Below, piece by piece: positions 59,022-64,000 of a stretch of 64,000 nt of DNA. Position 1 is the first letter of the stretch. Every line of letters begins with the position of its first letter. Source of the stretch: an uncultured Gammaproteobacteria bacterium (lineage in GTDB: Bacteria > Pseudomonadota > Gammaproteobacteria > JACCXJ01); the NCBI GenBank assembly GCA_963764725.1, contig CAVXTM010000015.1, positions 1 through 64,000 on the forward strand, read 5' to 3'. The position numbers and the translations under genes are program-made. Under the pieces are notes generated by a model. The model saw only the letters and a list, made by a program, of their open reading frames with translations, ran no database searches and was not told where the DNA came from.

Positions 59022-60083
59022 ATGAAAGCAAAATCATTGACAAAAGTTTTTACGTCCATTGCTTACCTAGCCACGTGGCTTTCGTTAAGCAATGTGGAGG
59101 CTTTCGCCGTGGAGGGGAAACTCAAGGCCTGCGCCACCGTGCCGGAGCTTGGCAGCTTGTTACGCGAACTCGGCGGTGAGCACGTCGCGGTGACAGTCTT
59201 TGCGAAAGGTACAGAAGATCCTCACTTCGTCGAGGCTAAGCCTAGCTTAATCAAGGCCATGAACGAATGCGATCTCTATGTGCAGGTCGGTCTAGATCTG
59301 GAAATCGGCTGGGCCCCGATGCTGTTACAAAATGCGCGTAATGCCAAGGTGCTGCGGGGAAGCTCGGGCTTCCTCGACACCTCACGAGCAATCACTCCGC
59401 TAGATGTTCCAACCCAAGCGGTCGATCGTTCCATGGGCGATGTCCATCCCTTCGGCAATCCGCACTATCTCGCGGATCCCTTGAACGGTTTGGCCGTAGC
59501 CGAGTTAATCGTCCAAAAGCTCGGAGAACTGCGGCCTCTCGATAAGGGCTACTTTGAAAGCCGTTATGCGGCCTTTTCCCAGCGACTCGCCGCGAATCTG
59601 GTCGGCGACACGTTAGCCCGACAATACGCTATCGGTGATGTCAAAAAGCTCGCCCAGCTTTTCGAGCGTGGCAAGCTCAAGGCATTTCTCGACAGTCAGG
59701 GACAAGGCGCGCAACTAGGCGGCTGGTTGGGTTTGATGCAGCCTTATTACGGAACCAAGATCGTGGACGATCACAATCTCTGGCCTTATTTCGCTCATCG
59801 TTTCGGGCTGGTGATCGCCGGTCACATGGAACCCAAGCCGGGCATTCCCCCCACCACGCAACACCTGCAAGATCTCGTGAGACGGATGCAAACAGACGCT
59901 ATCAAGATCGTTATCACCTCGGCATATTATGATCCGCGGCACGGGCAGTTTCTCGCCAAGCACACGGGCGCGCAGGTGCTTGCGCTCGCCAATCAAGTCG
60001 GCGCGAGACCCGGCACGGACGATTATATTGCGATGATCGATTACAACGTGAAGCAGCTTGCCGCAGCTCTAGGCCAGCACTGA
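59022..60083 (+). CDS. Metal ABC transporter substrate-binding protein (ZnuA/TroA cluster)
   Basis: EDPHFVEAKPS, GLDLEIGW, GDVHPFGNPHY and EPKPGIPP motifs. Confidence 0.92.
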   Translation: MKAKSLTKVFTSIAYLATWLSLSNVEAFAVEGKLKACATVPELGSLLRELGGEHVAVTVFAKGTEDPHFVEAKPSLIKAMNECDLYVQVGLDLEIGWAPMLLQNARNAKVLRGSSGFLDTSRAITPLDVPTQAVDRSMGDVHPFGNPHYLADPLNGLAVAELIVQKLGELRPLDKGYFESRYAAFSQRLAANLVGDTLARQYAIGDVKKLAQLFERGKLKAFLDSQGQGAQLGGWLGLMQPYYGTKIVDDHNLWPYFAHRFGLVIAGHMEPKPGIPPTTQHLQDLVRRMQTDAIKIVITSAYYDPRHGQFLAKHTGAQVLALANQVGARPGTDDYIAMIDYNVKQLAAALGQH

Positions 60084-60820
60084 TGCCGACATGCAGAGGA
60101 GGCGCGCCACTAATACGTATCGACGGCTTGTTCATCGCTTATGGCAATGCGGCAATTCTCTCAGAGGTCAATCTCAAGATCCACGCCGGCGATTTCTGGT
60201 TCCTGCTGGGACCTAACGGCTCGGGCAAGAGTAGCATGTTGAACGCAATACTAGGTCTTCTACCAAACATCAAAGGCCAGGTTTGGCGCGATCCGGCGCT
60301 AGCGGGCGCGGATCAGATCGGCTTCGTGCCGCAACGCTGCGATTTTAATCCTAGCCTGCCCACGACGGTGCGTGAGTTCGTCCGTCTGGGACTCTGCGGA
60401 ATTCGGGAAACTCGCGCCGGGGAAGCCGAGCGCATAACCTGGTCCTTGGCGCAAGTAGACCTCGCCGGCATGGAAAGACGCGACTATTGGTCTCTCTCCG
60501 GCGGTCAGCGCCAGCGCGCGCTGGTCGCCCGCGCTCTGGCACGCCGCCCGAGCTTGCTCGTGCTGGACGAACCTACGGGCGGCATGGATCTCATCGTAGA
60601 GGCGCGGCTCATGGAGCACTTGGCTGAGTTGAATCGCGACGAGCAGCTCACCGTCGTCTGTGTCTCGCACGATCTCGGCATCGCAGAAAAATATGGGACC
60701 CATGTCTGTCTCGTCGCTAATGGTGGGGTAAGTTCAGGAACTACCGCGAAAATGTTGCAGAGCCATGTGCTTGCAGTTGCCTTTGGCAGGCTACCTATTC
60801 CGGGAAGCATGAACATTTGA
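60083..60820 (+). CDS. Metal ABC transporter ATP-binding protein (ZnuC-like)
   Basis: GPNGSGKS, GFVPQ, LSGGQRQR, LDEPT and SHD motifs. Confidence 0.93.
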   Translation: MPTCRGGAPLIRIDGLFIAYGNAAILSEVNLKIHAGDFWFLLGPNGSGKSSMLNAILGLLPNIKGQVWRDPALAGADQIGFVPQRCDFNPSLPTTVREFVRLGLCGIRETRAGEAERITWSLAQVDLAGMERRDYWSLSGGQRQRALVARALARRPSLLVLDEPTGGMDLIVEARLMEHLAELNRDEQLTVVCVSHDLGIAEKYGTHVCLVANGGVSSGTTAKMLQSHVLAVAFGRLPIPGSMNI

Positions 60821-61680
60821 TAAGCGAATTCCTGGCCTCCTGGCCCCTGTTTCACAACACCTACCTCGCTGGCTGGCTCATCGCTCTCGTTCTGGCGCTA
60901 ATCGGCGTTATCGTCGTAGCCCGCGATCAGATCTTCGTGAGCGCCGCCGTCGCGCAGGCATCGAGCTTCGGCGTTGCGTTCGGAATGTGGGCAACATCCC
61001 TAGCCAGCATTCAAGTATGGGATTGGCTGCATAGCGACGGTTTTCTCTCCGGCTGCGCGATCGCGTTTGCAGTGGCTTCCGCGATGCTCACAGCCCGCAC
61101 CCGTGAACCTCGGCGGGAAAGCGGCGAAGCGATCACGGGCTGGATCTTTCTCGCGGCGGGCAGCGGCGCGGTCCTCCTGCTCTCGCATAGTCCGCATGGC
61201 CTGGAAGAGGTTCACAGACTTCTTTCTTCAAGTCTGATCGGCGCAACGGACGCGGATGTAGCGGGTTTCACGGCGTTGACCGTCGCCAGTGCAATCTTTT
61301 TTTTCTTGGGCTGGCGCCGCATCTTGCTCATAGCGCAAGACCCCATGACGGCGCGCGCCCTCGGGATCCACCCCGCGCGTTGGCTTATCGCAACTTCGCT
61401 CGCACTGGGGGTCGCGGCCGGTCTTGCCATACGTACATCGGGGATGCTTTACACCTTCGGCTGCCTGGTCTTGCCGGGACTTGTGGCCAAGAACGTTTGC
61501 CGCGAAGTCCGCGCCATGTTCTTTGTGGCGCCTGTAGTCGCGGTGGCCGCTGCGGTCAGCGGCTTCGTGATCGCCCATCATGCCGATTACCCACCCGGCC
61601 AAATGACCGTTGCGATTTTGTGCCTGTTCCTTACCCTAGCGTGGCTTTATCGGGCCACCGTCTCTAGCCTTAGCGCCTAG
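60817..61680 (+). CDS. Metal ABC transporter permease (ZnuB/ABC-3-like)
   Basis: Multiple TM segments, DPMTARALG and DYPPG motifs; operon context. Confidence 0.88.
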   Translation: MISEFLASWPLFHNTYLAGWLIALVLALIGVIVVARDQIFVSAAVAQASSFGVAFGMWATSLASIQVWDWLHSDGFLSGCAIAFAVASAMLTARTREPRRESGEAITGWIFLAAGSGAVLLLSHSPHGLEEVHRLLSSSLIGATDADVAGFTALTVASAIFFFLGWRRILLIAQDPMTARALGIHPARWLIATSLALGVAAGLAIRTSGMLYTFGCLVLPGLVAKNVCREVRAMFFVAPVVAVAAAVSGFVIAHHADYPPGQMTVAILCLFLTLAWLYRATVSSLSA

Positions 61681-61781
61681 AAAGCGTTTAGGATCGCTCA
61701 AAGGTGTGGTCCGCTAGTTCGCCGCGGCCGTCTCGCGATGCATGGCGGGGCTTGATTGTCATTTTTGGCGAGGTTTCTACC

Positions 61782-62195
61782 ATGTCCACGGTGTTCCATA
61801 GGATCGTTGCCGGTGAGATCCCGTGCCATCGCGTGTATGAGGACGCGCAGGTGCTCGCCTTCTTGGACATCTCTCCTTTATCGCGCGGGCACACATTGGT
61901 GATCCCGAAGCAGGCGGCGGCGACCTTGGATGAGTTGCCGGAAGAATACGGCGCGGCCATCGGCCGCGCCTTGCCGCGGATCTGCCGGGCGATCATGCGC
62001 GCGACCGGAGCGACGGCCTACAATGTACTCCAGAACAACGGGCCGCTCGCGCATCAGGCGGTCTTCTATGTGCATTTCCATATCATCCCGAAGTATCAAG
62101 AGGGACCGGGGCTGGGCATCGGATGGAAACCACAGACGCTGGCCCAGGACGAAGCCAAGGCGCTAGCAAGCCTGATCGCCGGAAACGTCGCCTGA
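61782..62195 (+). CDS. HIT family nucleotide-binding protein
   Basis: FHRIVAGEIP, AFLDISP..GHTLVIPK and HFHIIP motifs; start at MSTVF. Confidence 0.93.
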   Translation: MSTVFHRIVAGEIPCHRVYEDAQVLAFLDISPLSRGHTLVIPKQAAATLDELPEEYGAAIGRALPRICRAIMRATGATAYNVLQNNGPLAHQAVFYVHFHIIPKYQEGPGLGIGWKPQTLAQDEAKALASLIAGNVA

Positions 62196-62249
62196 TGTTG
62201 GCTGGCGATTAGTCACCCGCCGCGGCGTGCGGCGTTCCAGAAAGGCATA

Positions 62250-62274
62250 CATCCAAAATCCGATTGCGTGCGTA
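62250..62274 (+). promoter_or_regulatory. Putative ECF sigma promoter (CATCC-N16-CGTA)
   Basis: About 75 bp upstream of the DUF4331 start; resembles SigK/RpoT-type ECF promoters. Confidence 0.4.
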
Positions 62275-62347
62275 CTTTGCTCAGATGCGAGTGTTTGCAC
62301 TCGTGTCGGTGCAGTTCCAGGTATTAACGCGAAAGGAGGAACCCTTA

Positions 62348-63834
62348 TGCTTCGCAACAGGTTGAAGCCGATGATCCAGGCCACGGTGTTGGGGCTGGTT
62401 GTGACCGTAGCGGGTATCTCATTGACCCAAGCGGCCAGCCACCGTGAAGCACCCCAGATTGCCCAGGACCCGCCCGCCGACATCACCGATGTCTACGCAT
62501 TCCGGAACTGGGGAAACCCCGACAATGTCGTGTTCATCATGAACGTGATCCCCGCTCAGGAGCCGAGCTCGGGGCCGAATTACTTCTTCTTCGACGACAA
62601 GGTCGCCTATGACTTCAACCTCGATGTCAACCAGGACGGCGTGGCCGAGGACATCATCTACCGGGTCCGTTTTACGACCAAAATCCGTTCCCCGTTCAAC
62701 GACCTACCCGTGGCTTATGCGGGCGTGGACGGCGTGCCGGGGCTGCCGCCCGGGATCCGTGATCTGACCGGTCCGGATGCGGCCGGTCTCGGGTTGCGAC
62801 AGCGTTACACCGTCACCGAGATCCGCAACGGCAAGTCGCGCGACTTGGGGAGCGGCAGTATGTTCGCCGTGCCGTCAAACATCGGCCCACGGAGCATTCC
62901 CGACTACGAGAACTTGTCAGCAAAGGGGATCTATGCCCTTACCAACGGCGGGCGGGTCTTCACCGGACAGCGCGACGAGACGTTTTATATCGATCTCGGC
63001 GCCACGTTCGACACGCTGAACTTCCGTCGGACCCCGATACTCAGCGCCGCAGAGGACCAGAACGACCGCGTCAACCCCTTTGGCGTGGACATGTTCTCCG
63101 GCTTCAACGTTAACACCATAGCGCTCGAGATCCCCATCTCGGAGATCGTCAAAGGCTCGAAGAGCGTGATCGGCCTGTACGCCTCGACCAGCCGGCCCAG
63201 GGTGCTCCAGATCCTGGGGAATGGAACCTCGGTCGGAACGGGCGCATTTGTTCAGGTTGCGCGCATGGGTAACCCGCTCATCAATGAGCTGGTCATCGGC
63301 ACGGGGCGCAAGGATAACTGGAACGCCACCGATCCGAAGAATGAGGCGCAGTTTCGGAGCTTCTACCTCAATCCCCGGCTGGCCGCCGTGATCAACCTGG
63401 CCTTTGGGGTCCCCATCCCGACGCCTCCACGCACGGATCTGATCGGGGCCCTGCTCAAGTATCCGGGCCAGGACGCAACGACTTGTACACGCGCGAATCG
63501 TTGCTCCGAGCTGCTGCGCCTGGACGTAGCGGCGCCTCCTACGCAGCCCGCACAACAGAAACGGCTAGGCGGTCTGGCCGGCGATCCGGCGGGTTTCCCG
63601 AATGGCCGCCGTCCCAATGACGATGTGACCGATATCGTCCTGCGGGTCGTGGCCGGGGCGTTCTTGGGTGCGGTCCCGAATCTCGGCGACGGCGTCAACT
63701 TCAACATCGGCGCGCCGGGTTCCAATTTAACGGCCAATGGCATATACCAGGTCTTCCCGTTCCTTCCGACACCCTTCGACGGCCGGAATCGCCGGCACAT
63801 CGACTGTGATGAGGCCGGCGCCAACCCCTGTTAG
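62348..63834 (+). CDS. DUF4331 domain secreted protein
   Basis: AGGAGG SD, signal peptide; ASHREAP, DITDVYAF, GQRDETFYIDL, RMGNPLINE and GFPNGRR..DDV.D motifs. Confidence 0.93.
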
Positions 63835-63865
63835 GTGACGCGAGTAGAGATCGGCCGGCCTGCTC

Positions 63866-64000
63866 ATGAAACACTTACCCGTCGGTCTCGTCATGGTGCT
63901 GCTCTGTGATCTCGCGCAGGCGGCCGCCTATATCCCGATGACTGACGGGGAAGTGCTCGAACGGTTGCCGATCTCTGTCCACCGCGTTGCACGCGAGTTA
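63866..64000 (+). CDS. Secreted protein, 5' partial (probably the TPR protein that usually follows DUF4331)
   Basis: Reads MKHLPVGLVMVLLCDLAQAAAYIPMTDGEVLERLP and stays open to the window end. Confidence 0.6.
   Translation, partial: MKHLPVGLVMVLLCDLAQAAAYIPMTDGEVLERLPISVHRVAREL

Overview
This is a 64-kb, GC-rich chromosomal window from a gammaproteobacterium (inferred from gene content and order; the lineage cannot be fixed without a search). The backbone is housekeeping: a CPA2 antiporter, hrpA, ampG, ugd plus an epimerase, gltX with tRNA-Ala/Glu/Val, yrfG, clpSA, aceA, cysM, glnD-map, the rpsB-tsf-pyrH-frr-uppS-cdsA-dxr-rseP-bamA-skp-lpxD-fabZ-lpxA-lpxB cluster, smr, purL, a Ser/Thr kinase, a metal-uptake operon, HIT and DUF4331. 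The unexplained structure is mostly small-scale. (1) A pseudoknot-capable leader resembling the icd-II riboswitch candidate lies in front of isocitrate lyase rather than isocitrate dehydrogenase. (2) A gnnA-like dehydrogenase and a second, divergent LpxA are inserted in the lipid A operon, with no gnnB in the window. (3) A CxxC/RAPP (DUF2946/CruR-like) leader ORF precedes an outer-membrane barrel and metal ABC operon. (4) Four copies of a ~125-bp palindromic intergenic element are present. (5) An IS5-like MITE duplicated the TAA/ATG junction of lpxA2-lpxB. (6) Several unannotated gene relics occur: ampG, tviB/wbpO-like, Kelch, CYTH/Ppx and hsdM. (7) A 16-bp operator-like palindrome is shared by two distant loci. 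All family assignments come from motif recognition by eye; no database search or folding computation was run. No CRISPR array, rRNA, integrase or intact transposase was seen.
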